Below, one piece after another: positions 21,704-31,635 of a stretch of 64,000 nucleotides of DNA. Below the pieces are notes generated by a model. It was given only the letters and a program-made list of their open reading frames with translations. It made no database searches and was not told the origin of the DNA. The number at the start of each line of letters is the position of its first letter. The first letter of the stretch is position 1. A program made the translations under genes and the position numbers. Origin of the DNA: an uncultured Lachnospiraceae bacterium (GTDB taxonomy: Bacteria > Bacillota > Clostridia > Lachnospirales > Lachnospiraceae); contig CADAKW010000001.1 of the NCBI GenBank assembly GCA_902788645.1, forward strand, positions 20,791 to 84,790, written 5' to 3'.

Positions 21704-21732
21704 AGCATAACACGGCGGTCAGGGGATGTCAA
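21704..21732 (-). promoter_or_regulatory. sigA promoter for the rsmH-like gene
   Basis: Minus strand TTGACA-N17-TATGCT. Confidence 0.75.
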
Positions 21733-21789
21733 ATAGGAGAAAGGGCGGTATCGGGTATTCTCAGTATTCTTAAAATGGGAATCATTTTA

Positions 21790-21818
21790 TTGACAAAAAC
21801 AGTAAAGAACAGTAAAAT
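21790..21818 (+). promoter_or_regulatory. sigA promoter for the ATPase gene
   Basis: TTGACA (21790-21795)-N17-TAAAAT (21813-21818). Confidence 0.75.
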
Positions 21819-21885
21819 AAAACAAAAACAGTAAAAGAGAGTAAAGAACAGTAAAAAGTATTCTAAACAGTAAAAGACAGTAAAA
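21797..21885 (+). repeat. Phased direct-repeat array, 7 x (C/G)AGTAAA
   Basis: Copies start at 21800, 21810, 21829, 21839, 21849, 21868, 21878; two 39-bp higher-order units (21801-21839, 21840-21878). Confidence 0.92.
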
Positions 21886-21910
21886 CGATGGGAAAGGAAC
21901 GGCGAATGAT

Positions 21911-22942
21911 ATGCAGAATCCATTTACTCTGACATTTGGGAAAAGTCCATTGGAGCCGGTGGAACGTCCGGTGCAGACCAATGAAATAATTGATACATTT
22001 ACGGCAGAACCGGTAAATCAGCAGATGTTTTTAATAACGGGTGTACGTGGCTCAGGCAAGACAGTTATGATGACAGAAATATCCCGGAAGCTGCGGACCA
22101 GAGAGGAATGGGTTGTGATTGAACTGAATCCGTCTGTTGATCTGCTGCAGGGAATGTTGTCAAAGTTAAACAGCAATCCGGTCTGTGCAGGGATTATTAA
22201 ATCTGCAAAAATTGATCTTTCTTTTTGGGGATTTGGAGTTTCCATAGAAGGTGCAGCGCCCATTACTGACGCAGAGACGGCGATCATTGCCATTTTAGAG
22301 AAGATGAAAAAGAATGGAAAGAAACTGCTGGTAACCATTGACGAAGTGACCAATAATGAATTTATGCATGTTTTTGCCGGTTCCTTTCAGATTTTTGTAA
22401 GGCAGGATCTTCCGATATTTTTATTGGCAACTGGTTTATACGAAAATATTGATGAGTTGCAGAACGAAAAAAATCTGACCTTTTTGTATCGTGCCCCAAA
22501 GATTCAGTTGAAGCCGCTAAATCAGCAGGCCATCATTAAAAAATATATGAATATCTTTCAGATAGAACGGGAACAGGCGGCTCAGATGGCAGAGCTGACA
22601 AAAGGGTATCCCTTTGCATTTCAGGTGCTTGGTTATCTGACATGGAATAATCACGGCAATTACCGGGAGGTGCTGGAGGAGTATGAGCAGTATTTAAGCG
22701 AGTTTGTATATGACAAAATATGGTCAGAGCTTTCCCGGAAGGATCGTGTTGTTGCCAGGGGCATTGCCGAAACAGACAGCGGAAAAATAAAAGATATCCG
22801 GGAGCGTCTGGGAATGGAAACCAATCAGTTCAATCCATATCGGAAGCGATTGATCAAAAAAGGAATTCTTTCCGGAGAAATGAGAGGATATGTGCATTTT
22901 ACCCTGCCTCTTTTTGAAGACTATGTCTTGGAAAATGATTAG
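21911..22942 (+). CDS. STAND-like/archaeal-type P-loop ATPase with C-terminal winged helix
   Basis: NPF..TFG start, Walker A GVRGSGKT, Walker B LVTIDEV, GYP motif, C-terminal KIKDIRERLGM...YRKRLIKKGIL...RGYVHF wHTH-like pattern. Confidence 0.82.
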   Translation: MQNPFTLTFGKSPLEPVERPVQTNEIIDTFTAEPVNQQMFLITGVRGSGKTVMMTEISRKLRTREEWVVIELNPSVDLLQGMLSKLNSNPVCAGIIKSAKIDLSFWGFGVSIEGAAPITDAETAIIAILEKMKKNGKKLLVTIDEVTNNEFMHVFAGSFQIFVRQDLPIFLLATGLYENIDELQNEKNLTFLYRAPKIQLKPLNQQAIIKKYMNIFQIEREQAAQMAELTKGYPFAFQVLGYLTWNNHGNYREVLEEYEQYLSEFVYDKIWSELSRKDRVVARGIAETDSGKIKDIRERLGMETNQFNPYRKRLIKKGILSGEMRGYVHFTLPLFEDYVLEND

Positions 22943-22990
22943 AAAAAGTATTTCATTTCGATCCATAGGAATTGAGGGATGTGTTAATGA

Positions 22991-24997
22991 TCTGAAAGGG
23001 TTTCTGAAGCAGGAAAGGACGCTGTTACAAAACTGTAGTTGACGGAGCAAAAAAAGGCACAGGAAATTAATTCCGTCATTCAGAAGATCCAGCAGTCCGT
23101 GGATACGCTGAGTGAGGTTGCCATGAGCAGCTTTGACTACGATGCTTTTGTGAAGGATAAGGCGTATGCGGATACATATACCAAGAGTGTGCAGAAGTCG
23201 GTGTTAGACTTTGCAAATCACACCAATGGAGCAGTTACGGCGTATCTTCGATATAATCCGAAGTATTCCAATCCCACATCTGGAGTTTTTGCACAGCGCC
23301 CGTCTCTGGATCAGGATCTGGAGTGTCTGACACCGACAGACCTCTCTATGTATGATGAAGGAGATGTGGAGCATGTAGGCTGGTATTATCTTCCGGTACA
23401 GGCAGGGAAAGCAATCTGGATGTCTCCATACATGAACGAAAATGTTAATATCTATATGATTTCCTATGTGGTGCCGTTGGTGGCAAAGGATGGGACTTCC
23501 ATCGGTGTTGTGGGAATGGATATTGACTTTTCACAGATTACAGATCTGGTGAGTGAGACAAAAATATATCAGTCAGGATATGCATTTCTGGCGGACGATA
23601 CCGGAGCGGTTATGTTCCATCAGGACGTAGAGGAGGGGACGAAGCTTACAGAGCTTGATAAATCTCTTTCCGGGGCAGACAAATTTCTGACAGAGAGTGA
23701 TCAGAAGGGGAAAACTCTGGAATATTCTTATAAGGGAGTTTCCAAACAATTATTATACAGTGATCTGGATAATGGTATGAAATTGATCCTGACAGCTCCG
23801 AAATCAGAGATTTACGGGGAAGCGTATGGTCTGGCGAAGCTCATCATTGTAGCCATGCTTGTGGTGTTTATTCTTTCTGCGGTGATCGGTGTTATCAGGG
23901 GAATCGGCATTACGAAGCCAATCCGGCAGCTCACAGACGTGATTGATCAGACAGCACGGCTGGATTTCTGTCCGACTGAGAATGGAGAAAAGCTGCGGAA
24001 GCACAAGGATGAGATTGGCGTGATGGCTGGTAAAATTCATGACATGAGAAAAAAGCTTCATGGTCTGATGGAAGAATTACAGCAGACACAGCAGACTCTG
24101 GAAGTGAGCACCGGAGATCTCAATGAGCTTATGAAACAAAATAGTGCCATTGCAGAGGATAATTCAGCAGTTACCCAGGAGCTTGCAGCAGGAATGCAGG
24201 AGACCAGAGCCAACACGGCAAGTATTGTGGAAAGTGTTAGGATCATGGAACAAAGCTCCGGAAATATTCACCGTCTGGCGGCAGATGGAGCAGAAAACTC
24301 CAGCCAGATCCAGGAAAGAGCCGGAGAAATGGAACGGATCAGTACCCAGTCCCGCAATAAGACAGATGAAATGTATGATGTCATGAAACAGAAAAGTGAG
24401 ACAGCGATGGAAGAGGCAAAAGCAGTTGAAAGAATCAATTCCCTGACCGACAACATCAAAAAGATTTCCTCTCAGACGAATCTGTTGGCATTAAATGCCA
24501 ATATTGAGGCAGCAAGAGCAGGGGAAGCCGGAAAGGGATTTGCAGTGGTTGCTTCCGAGATTGGAGATCTTGCTTCGCAGACGTTGGAAACTGTTTCCAA
24601 TATTGATGAAATTGTCGGAGAGGTAAATGGGTCTGTCACCAATATGACAGAATGTCTCACAACGATCATGGACTTTTTGGAGCAGACTGTTCTTGGGGAT
24701 TATGAGAACTTTGCAAAAATGGGGCAGCAGTATCACATGGATGCGGACACTTTCCGGGATATTATGCAGGAAACCAAAAACGCCGTGGAAGAGCTGGAAA
24801 AACATATCGGTCAGATCGGCAGTACCGTAGCAGATATCAATACCATGGTAGAACAGTCTTCCGATGGGATCAGCGGCATCGCAGAAAAATCCGGAAGTAC
24901 CCAGAATCTTGTTGAGGAAGGATATGAAAAGCTGCAGGAGTGTAACCGGTCTGTGGATGTTATTAAGGAGTTCGTGGCACAGTTCCATTTGGATTAA
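22991..24997 (+). pseudogene. Methyl-accepting chemotaxis protein (Cache + HAMP + signalling domain) with disrupted 5' end
   Basis: [27 protein letters not shown]; only one TM present; in-frame TAG at 23036-23038 just before the TTG-started ORF 23039..24997. Confidence 0.75.
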
Positions 24998-25041
24998 AAG
25001 AGAAAAATAAGTCTATAAAGGTGTATAGGAAAATGCTCATA

Positions 25042-25084
25042 ACGTAGAGCAAGCAAGGGCAAAACGTTGGTTTTGCCCTATTTT
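25042..25084. repeat. REP-like palindrome, copy 1 (possible terminator)
   Basis: GTAG..AGGGCAAAAC-GTTG-GTTTTGCCCT; related copy at 39862-39905. Confidence 0.6.
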
Positions 25085-25167
25085 TGTGCAGAGTATTGTT
25101 TTTTTCAAAAATACACGATACAATAAAAGTTGTGTCTTTTGGGCATATTACTTTTAGGAGGCATCTG

Positions 25168-26925
25168 ATGAAAAAATTATTGAAGTATATTACGGAGTAC
25201 CGTAAGGAATGTATCCTGGGCCCTTTGTTTAAATTGCTGGAGGCATGCTTTGATCTCACCGTTCCCATGGTTATGGCATGGCTGATCGACAGAGGTATTT
25301 CCCAGAACAATGTACCGTACATCTGGAAGATGGGCGGACTTTTGCTGGTGCTGGCGGCGATCGGTCTGACCTGCTCCATCACGGCACAGTATTTTGCGGC
25401 AAAGGCGGCGGTAGGCTTTGCGACAAAGCTTCGTCATGCAGTGTTTGAGCATATTGAGTCCCTGTCCTTTACCGAGATGGACGAGGCGGGAACTTCCATG
25501 ATGATCACGAGAATGACAAGTGACATCAATCAGGTTCAGTCGGGAACCAACCTGGCGCTGCGTCTTTTCCTTCGATCTCCGTTTATTGTATTTGGTGCGG
25601 CGATCATGGCATTTACCATTGATGTCAAGGCGGCGCTTATCTTTGCGATAGTCATTCCGTTGCTTGCCATCGTTGTGTTTGGTATCATGCTTATGACTAT
25701 GCCGATGTATCAGAAGGTGCAGGGGCATCTGGATCGACTGTTGGGAGTGACAAGACAGAATCTGAGCGGTGTACGTGTGATCCGTGCATTTAACAAGGAG
25801 AAGGCAGAGAGAGAAAGCTTTCGTCAGGAAAATGATCTTCTCACCAGAATGCAGCTTTTTGTGGGACGTATTTCCGCACTGATGAATCCGGTCACTTATA
25901 TTATGATCAACGGAGCACTGGTGGCACTGATCTGGACAGGAGCGGTCCGTATCAATATGGGAACTCTGACACAGGGACAGATCGTGGCGCTGATCAATTA
26001 TATGTCACAGATCCTGGTGGAGTTAGTAAAGCTTGCCAATACCATTATCATGACGACGAAATGTGTGGCATGCGGCAACCGTATCCAGTCTTTGCTGGAG
26101 GTAAACAGCAGTCTGGAGGACGGCAATGTATCCTTTGAGCCGGGGCAGGATAAGAAACCGGCACTTGTTGAGTTTGACCATGTGGCACTGGCATATAAAG
26201 GGGCAGGAGAGGCATCTCTGGAGGATATTACCTTTACGGCAGAGCCGGGTCAGACCATCGGTATTATTGGCGGTACCGGTTCCGGAAAGACTTCTCTGGT
26301 GCATATGATCCCGAGATTTTATGATGCCACAGAGGGAAGTGTACGAATTAACGGACAGGACGTAAAATCGTACAGACTGGAGGAACTGCGGCAGAACATT
26401 GGTATTGTCATGCAGAAGGCGGTGCTGTTCCATGGTTCCATCCGTGAAAATATCCGCTGGGGCAATCCGGATGCAGATGATAAACAGATCAATGAGGCAT
26501 TGGAGCTTGCACAGGCATCCGAAGTGGTTGCCGGTAAGCCGGAGGGACTGGATTACGAGATCGAGCAGGGAGGAAGAAACCTTTCCGGAGGACAGAGACA
26601 GAGATTTACCATTGCCAGAGCACTGGTGAGAAAGCCTTCCATTCTGATTTTGGATGACAGTGCTTCGGCGCTTGACTTTGCAACAGATGCAAAGCTTCGA
26701 AAAGCTCTTGGCACATTGAAAAATACATCGACGATATTTATCGTATCGCAGAGAACCTCTTCCATCCAGCAGGCGGACAAGATCCTGGTTCTGGATGACG
26801 GACAGCTTGTAGGTATGGGAACCCACGAAGAACTGCTGGAAAACTGCAGTGTATATAAGGAAATTTATGATTCCCAGTTTAAGAAACCGGAGGAAACAAA
26901 GACACAGAAGGAAGAGGTGAGATAA
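25168..26925 (+). CDS. Heterodimeric ABC exporter, subunit 1 (TMD+NBD)
   Basis: 6 TMs, GGTGSGKT, LSGGQRQR, degenerate Walker B LDDSASALD and SQR switch. Confidence 0.93.
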   Translation: MKKLLKYITEYRKECILGPLFKLLEACFDLTVPMVMAWLIDRGISQNNVPYIWKMGGLLLVLAAIGLTCSITAQYFAAKAAVGFATKLRHAVFEHIESLSFTEMDEAGTSMMITRMTSDINQVQSGTNLALRLFLRSPFIVFGAAIMAFTIDVKAALIFAIVIPLLAIVVFGIMLMTMPMYQKVQGHLDRLLGVTRQNLSGVRVIRAFNKEKAERESFRQENDLLTRMQLFVGRISALMNPVTYIMINGALVALIWTGAVRINMGTLTQGQIVALINYMSQILVELVKLANTIIMTTKCVACGNRIQSLLEVNSSLEDGNVSFEPGQDKKPALVEFDHVALAYKGAGEASLEDITFTAEPGQTIGIIGGTGSGKTSLVHMIPRFYDATEGSVRINGQDVKSYRLEELRQNIGIVMQKAVLFHGSIRENIRWGNPDADDKQINEALELAQASEVVAGKPEGLDYEIEQGGRNLSGGQRQRFTIARALVRKPSILILDDSASALDFATDAKLRKALGTLKNTSTIFIVSQRTSSIQQADKILVLDDGQLVGMGTHEELLENCSVYKEIYDSQFKKPEETKTQKEEVR

Positions 26926-26928
26926 GCG

Positions 26929-28689
26929 ATGGCAGGAAAAGAAAAAATGACCAGAGATGACCAGAAAAAGACTCTGGGAAAAGTAATGAAATACATTAAA
27001 AAATACCGGATCCGTGTGGTGATGTCGCTGATCTTTGCGGCAGTGACAGTGATCACAACACTTTATCTTCCGATCCTTACAGGTAATGCTGTGGATCTCA
27101 TGGTAGAGAAAGGAAAGGTTGATTTTGCCGGATTAAAACCCATCGTGAAAACGATGCTGATCGTGCTGACCATTACAGGTGTGGCACAGTGGATCATGAA
27201 TATCTGCAATAACTATATTACTTACCATGTGGTTCAGGATATCCGGAAGGATGCCATGGACCGGATCCAGATCGTGCCTCTGAAGTATCTGGACGGTCAT
27301 GCGGCAGGAGATATTGTAAGCCGTGTGATCGCAGATGTGGATCAGTTTGCCGATGGTCTTCTGATGGGATTTACCCAGGCATTTACCAGTGTGATGACGA
27401 TCGTTGGTACTCTGGTGTTTATGCTTCGGATCAATGTATGGATCACACTGGTGGTAATTCTGGTGACTCCGTTATCCTTTTTTGTGGCAGGCTTTATTGC
27501 CAAAAAGTCCTACAGCATGTTTCAAATGCAGTCAAAGGAAAGAGGAGCCCAGACGGCTCTGATCGACGAGATGATCGGCAATCAGAGAGTGGTACAGGCA
27601 TATGGTCATGAGAAACGCTCTCTGGAGCAGTTTGATGAGATCAACGGCAGACTGGAGAAGTATTCCCTGAGAGCTACTTTCTTCTCATCCATTACCAATC
27701 CGGCCACACGTTTTGTCAACAATCTGGTGTATGCGGGAGTCGGTATTGTGGGAGCATTTTTTGCAATTCACGGAATGCTGTCCGTGGGTCGTCTCACCAG
27801 CTTCTTAAGTTATGCAAATCAGTATACAAAGCCGTTTAATGAGATTTCCGGTGTTATTACAGAGCTGCAGAATGCGATCGCCTGTGCTGCCAGAGTGTTT
27901 GAACTGATGGAGGCAGAGCCGCAGGAGCCGGATAAGCCGGATGCGATCGAGCTGACACAGGTGAAGGGCGCGGTTGAGCTGAAAAATGTCTCCTTCTCCT
28001 ATGTGCCGGAGCAGAAGCTGATACAGGATTTTAACCTTACGGTTAAGCCGGGACAGCGTGTGGCAATCGTGGGACCAACCGGATGTGGAAAAACTACGGT
28101 TATCAATCTGCTGATGCGTTTCTACGATGTAAATAAGGGTGTGATCGCCGTGGACGGCACCGATATCCGTAATATGACAAGGGCCAGCCTGCGAAGCAAT
28201 ATCGGTATGGTGCTTCAGGAGACATGGCTTAAGGATGGAACCATCCGGGATAATATTACCATGGGAAAACCGGATGCAACCGAGGAGGAGATCATTGCGG
28301 CAGCAAAGGCAACCCACGCCCACAGTTTTATTAAGCGTCTGCCACAGGGCTACGATACGGTGGTCCGTGAGGACGGGGATAATCTTTCCCAGGGACAGAA
28401 GCAGTTATTATGTATTACGAGAGTTATGCTCTGCCAGCCTCCGATGCTGATACTGGACGAGGCAACCTCTTCCATCGATACCCGTACGGAGATCCGGATC
28501 CAGAGAGCTTTTGAAAAGCTTATGAAGGGAAGAACAAGTTTTATTGTGGCACATCGTTTGTCTACGATCAAAAATGCGGATATTATTCTGGTGATGAAGG
28601 ACGGTAATATTATTGAACAGGGCAGCCATGAAAGCCTGCTTGCACAGAACGGATTCTATGCAAATCTGTATAACAGCCAGTTTGCGTAG
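26929..28689 (+). CDS. Heterodimeric ABC exporter, subunit 2 (TMD+NBD)
   Basis: GPTGCGKTT, LSQGQKQ, LDEATSSID, IVAHRLST. Confidence 0.94.
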   Translation: MAGKEKMTRDDQKKTLGKVMKYIKKYRIRVVMSLIFAAVTVITTLYLPILTGNAVDLMVEKGKVDFAGLKPIVKTMLIVLTITGVAQWIMNICNNYITYHVVQDIRKDAMDRIQIVPLKYLDGHAAGDIVSRVIADVDQFADGLLMGFTQAFTSVMTIVGTLVFMLRINVWITLVVILVTPLSFFVAGFIAKKSYSMFQMQSKERGAQTALIDEMIGNQRVVQAYGHEKRSLEQFDEINGRLEKYSLRATFFSSITNPATRFVNNLVYAGVGIVGAFFAIHGMLSVGRLTSFLSYANQYTKPFNEISGVITELQNAIACAARVFELMEAEPQEPDKPDAIELTQVKGAVELKNVSFSYVPEQKLIQDFNLTVKPGQRVAIVGPTGCGKTTVINLLMRFYDVNKGVIAVDGTDIRNMTRASLRSNIGMVLQETWLKDGTIRDNITMGKPDATEEEIIAAAKATHAHSFIKRLPQGYDTVVREDGDNLSQGQKQLLCITRVMLCQPPMLILDEATSSIDTRTEIRIQRAFEKLMKGRTSFIVAHRLSTIKNADIILVMKDGNIIEQGSHESLLAQNGFYANLYNSQFA

Positions 28690-28754
28690 GAATTCCGGAA
28701 AGTGAAAAGTAAGCGGCAATCCGGAGACGCTGACAGTCAGCGGACGGATATGAT

Positions 28755-29621
28755 ATGAGGAAGGAACTGGGAATAGAAATGGATAAAAAAGTATTGGTAT
28801 TGGATTTAGATGGTACATTGACCAATTCAGAAAAGAAGATCACGCCGGAGACAAAGGAGGCGCTGATGGAAATGCAGGAGCAGGGACATACCGTGGTCCT
28901 TGCATCCGGGCGTCCCACAGCAGGGATCACGCCTTTGGCAAAGGAGTTAAAGTTAAAGGAGCATGGAGGATATATTTTGTCCTTTAATGGAGGAAAGATC
29001 ACGGACTGCAGCAGTGATGAGGTGATCTACCAGAAAACACTGCCGCCGGAGCTTGTGCCGGAACTGTTCTCTCTGGCAAGAAAGCTGGATATCGGCCTGC
29101 TGTCCTATGATGAGGACAACAATATCATCACCGGAATGCATTATGATGAGTATATTGATGTGGAGAAAAATATCAATCACCTGCCGGTGAAGCAGATGGA
29201 AAAGGTCGAGGATTATGTGGATTTCCCATTGAATAAATGTCTGGGAACAGCCGAACCGGAGGTGGCAGCACAAGCTGAGAAGATCTATGCCGAAAAGTTT
29301 GGGGACAAGCTCTGCATCAGCCGCAGTGAGCCGTTTTTTGTGGAGATCACTCCCAAAGGCATTGACAAGGCGGCTTCTCTGGAACGCTTCTGTAAAATGA
29401 CAGGAAATAAGAGGGAAGACATGATCGCCTGTGGCGATGGTTTTAACGATCTGTCTATGATCAAATATGCCGGTCTTGGCGTGGCAATGGAGAATGCTCA
29501 GCCCGTGGTGAAGGATGCGGCAGATTATGTGACAGCCTCCAATGATGAGGATGGTGTGGCAAAGGTGATCCACAAATTTATCTTAAAGGATGATGTGTCC
29601 GAAAATGCGGACACTATGTAA
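28755..29621 (+). CDS. Cof-type HAD-IIB hydrolase
   Basis: DLDGTL, LASGRP, GIDKA, GDGFNDLSMI; start may be 28779. Confidence 0.93.
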   Translation: MRKELGIEMDKKVLVLDLDGTLTNSEKKITPETKEALMEMQEQGHTVVLASGRPTAGITPLAKELKLKEHGGYILSFNGGKITDCSSDEVIYQKTLPPELVPELFSLARKLDIGLLSYDEDNNIITGMHYDEYIDVEKNINHLPVKQMEKVEDYVDFPLNKCLGTAEPEVAAQAEKIYAEKFGDKLCISRSEPFFVEITPKGIDKAASLERFCKMTGNKREDMIACGDGFNDLSMIKYAGLGVAMENAQPVVKDAADYVTASNDEDGVAKVIHKFILKDDVSENADTM

Positions 29622-29661
29622 CCCTGAAATATACATGTAAAGTGTCCGAAAAATTGGACAG
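29595..29661. repeat. Two tandem palindromic boxes upstream of the GH26 gene
   Basis: GTGTCCGAAAATGCGGACAC (29595-29614) and GTGTCCGAAAAATTGGACAG (29642-29661). Confidence 0.75.
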
Positions 29662-29705
29662 AGTAGCAATGCAGAAACAGTAATGAAAACAGGAGGTACT
29701 CCAAA

Positions 29706-30647
29706 ATGCAGAAACCGGTCAATCAAAATGCTTCCCCAGAGGCAGAGGCTCTTTTAAATTATCTGGAACAGACGGCAGGACATGGGATAATTACGGGACA
29801 GCATACCCAGACAAATCCTATGGAGGAGATTACATATATCCGGGAAATCACTGGAAAGCAGCCAAAGCTTAGAGGTTTTGAACTTTTAGCGTATTCTCCG
29901 AATATTAATGAGGCAGATGCTGGGGAGGCATGTCTTACCGAGGTGTACGAAAACAGGGACACGTTAAAAACGGCTATGAAATGGGCAAAGGAATCCGACG
30001 GGATCGTAACATTTTCCTTTCACTGGTTTTCTCCTCTGGGAGGCAGGGACAAAAGCTTTTATGCGGAGCATACTGATTTTGATCCGGCAAAGATACTGGT
30101 CGAAGGAACGCCGGAGCGGGAGGCGTTTTATCACGATATGAAGGTGATCGCCGGTTATCTTGAGAAATTCAAAGAGGAAAAAATTCCAATTCTCTGGAGA
30201 CCGTTTCATGAGTCGGACGGAACCTGGTTCTGGTGGGGATCCAAGGAACCGGAGGTTGCCAGAGATCTGTATCTGTTGATGTATGATTATTATGTGAATG
30301 AGTGTCATCTGGACAATCTGCTCTGGGTATGGAACTGCAGACTGCCGGAGGGATATCCGGGAGATGCGTTTGTGGATATTGTTTCTGTAGATATTTACCT
30401 GCCGGAATATGCGCCCACAGACTATGCGAAGGAATACGAGGAGCTGATCCGGGCGACCAGCGCAAATAAGGTGGCGGCTCTGGCTGAGGTGGGTTATATG
30501 CCGGATGTGGATATGCTGGCAGAGTCCCATATACCATGGGCATATTATATGACATGGTCCAAGGAGTTTTGTATCGGGGAGCAGTACAACAGCAAGGAAA
30601 ATCTTCGCCGTATGTATAACAGCGCATATGCGGTGACGGAATCCTAG
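29706..30647 (+). CDS. Glycoside hydrolase family 26 (beta-mannanase-like), no signal peptide
   Basis: PILWRPFHE.DG.WFWWG, NLLWVWN, YPGD..VDIVSVDIY, ALAEVG. Confidence 0.92.
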   Translation: MQKPVNQNASPEAEALLNYLEQTAGHGIITGQHTQTNPMEEITYIREITGKQPKLRGFELLAYSPNINEADAGEACLTEVYENRDTLKTAMKWAKESDGIVTFSFHWFSPLGGRDKSFYAEHTDFDPAKILVEGTPEREAFYHDMKVIAGYLEKFKEEKIPILWRPFHESDGTWFWWGSKEPEVARDLYLLMYDYYVNECHLDNLLWVWNCRLPEGYPGDAFVDIVSVDIYLPEYAPTDYAKEYEELIRATSANKVAALAEVGYMPDVDMLAESHIPWAYYMTWSKEFCIGEQYNSKENLRRMYNSAYAVTES

Positions 30648-31384
30648 TGCCTGGAATAGTCAGTCAGATCTTCATTTCGCCGGTATTGTCCCGGTGTGAC
30701 TCCGTATTCCCGGTGGAAGCAGCGGATATAATGGCTGCAGGAGGCAAAGCCCAGAAAGGAACTGATATCGGTACAGCTAATGTTACTGTTTTTCAACATA
30801 TAGCAGGATGTTTCACATTTTTTATGCAGGATATACTGTTGCAGGGTATATCCTGTTTCTTTTTTGAAAAGTTTTGATAAATATTCCGGGTGAAGTCCCA
30901 GAGCCGTAGCAACTTCCCGGCTGGAAAGTGGGTGGGACATATGTCTGACAATGTAATCCACGCCATGCTGGACATGATAGGAAAGAGCCTTGCCCTGACG
31001 AAGCTCATGCATGGCATTGGTAAAGGCAGTGACAGCCTCTACCTTGATACCGGCGAGCTCCTCCGGAGTGGTGCACTGATCCACCTTGCGGATCAGGAGG
31101 TCGCTGAGGGTAAAGGACTGTTCCGGTTCCAGTCCCCCTTCAATGCAGAAACGGGTGATCATGGCGATCAGAATGACATGATGATACTTCATATTCTGCA
31201 GAGGATTTGCTGATAATGTTCCCATATGTTCCCAGTTCTGACTGGCGATATCTCCCTGCAAAATATCCGGATTGCCGGAGGCAATATCCCGGTAGAAGGC
31301 AAATTCCTCCTCCATGGAGATATGAAAATATTCTTCCTCCTGCTGCTTGGCAAGGAGATTTTGGAGTTCCTTTTTGACATTCAT
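30644..31384 (-). CDS. AraC-family transcriptional regulator
   Basis: YLSKLFKKETG, LGFASCSHYIRCF...GVTPGQYR. Confidence 0.93.
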   Translation of the reverse strand: MNVKKELQNLLAKQQEEEYFHISMEEEFAFYRDIASGNPDILQGDIASQNWEHMGTLSANPLQNMKYHHVILIAMITRFCIEGGLEPEQSFTLSDLLIRKVDQCTTPEELAGIKVEAVTAFTNAMHELRQGKALSYHVQHGVDYIVRHMSHPLSSREVATALGLHPEYLSKLFKKETGYTLQQYILHKKCETSCYMLKNSNISCTDISSFLGFASCSHYIRCFHREYGVTPGQYRRNEDLTDYSRH

Positions 31385-31419
31385 GGGTATGGTGCCCTCC
31401 TTTCAATGAAATTGATTTT

Positions 31420-31503
31420 ATGATGCTGGGGTCAAAAGGGAGTTTGCACCCAACAGAAGCCACGGGTGGCTCCATTACTATCTGCTTTTGACCCTTGCAT
31501 CAT
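31420..31503. repeat. 84-bp element with terminal inverted repeats (MITE/REP-like)
   Basis: ATGATGCTGGGGTCAAAAG ... CTTTTGACCCTTGCATCAT (17/19 match), internal hairpin AGCCAC-GG-GTGGCT. Confidence 0.6.
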
Positions 31504-31635
31504 ATTATATCGGTATTATGATATATTTATCTGTTTCATAGTATCATATCTATCAAAATAATACTATGATAAAGTTGTAAAAAAGAAAACAGATTACGCT
31601 TATATAAATGCAGGAAAAAGAAAGGAAAGGTGATC

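Noticed and set aside
21797-21885. Repeat array as a mini-CRISPR
   Set aside because: Variable segments are only 8 nt, repeats are non-palindromic and internally periodic, and there are no cas genes in the window
25168-28689. Degenerate Walker B and switch in the first exporter subunit
   Set aside because: Normal asymmetry of heterodimeric ABC exporters
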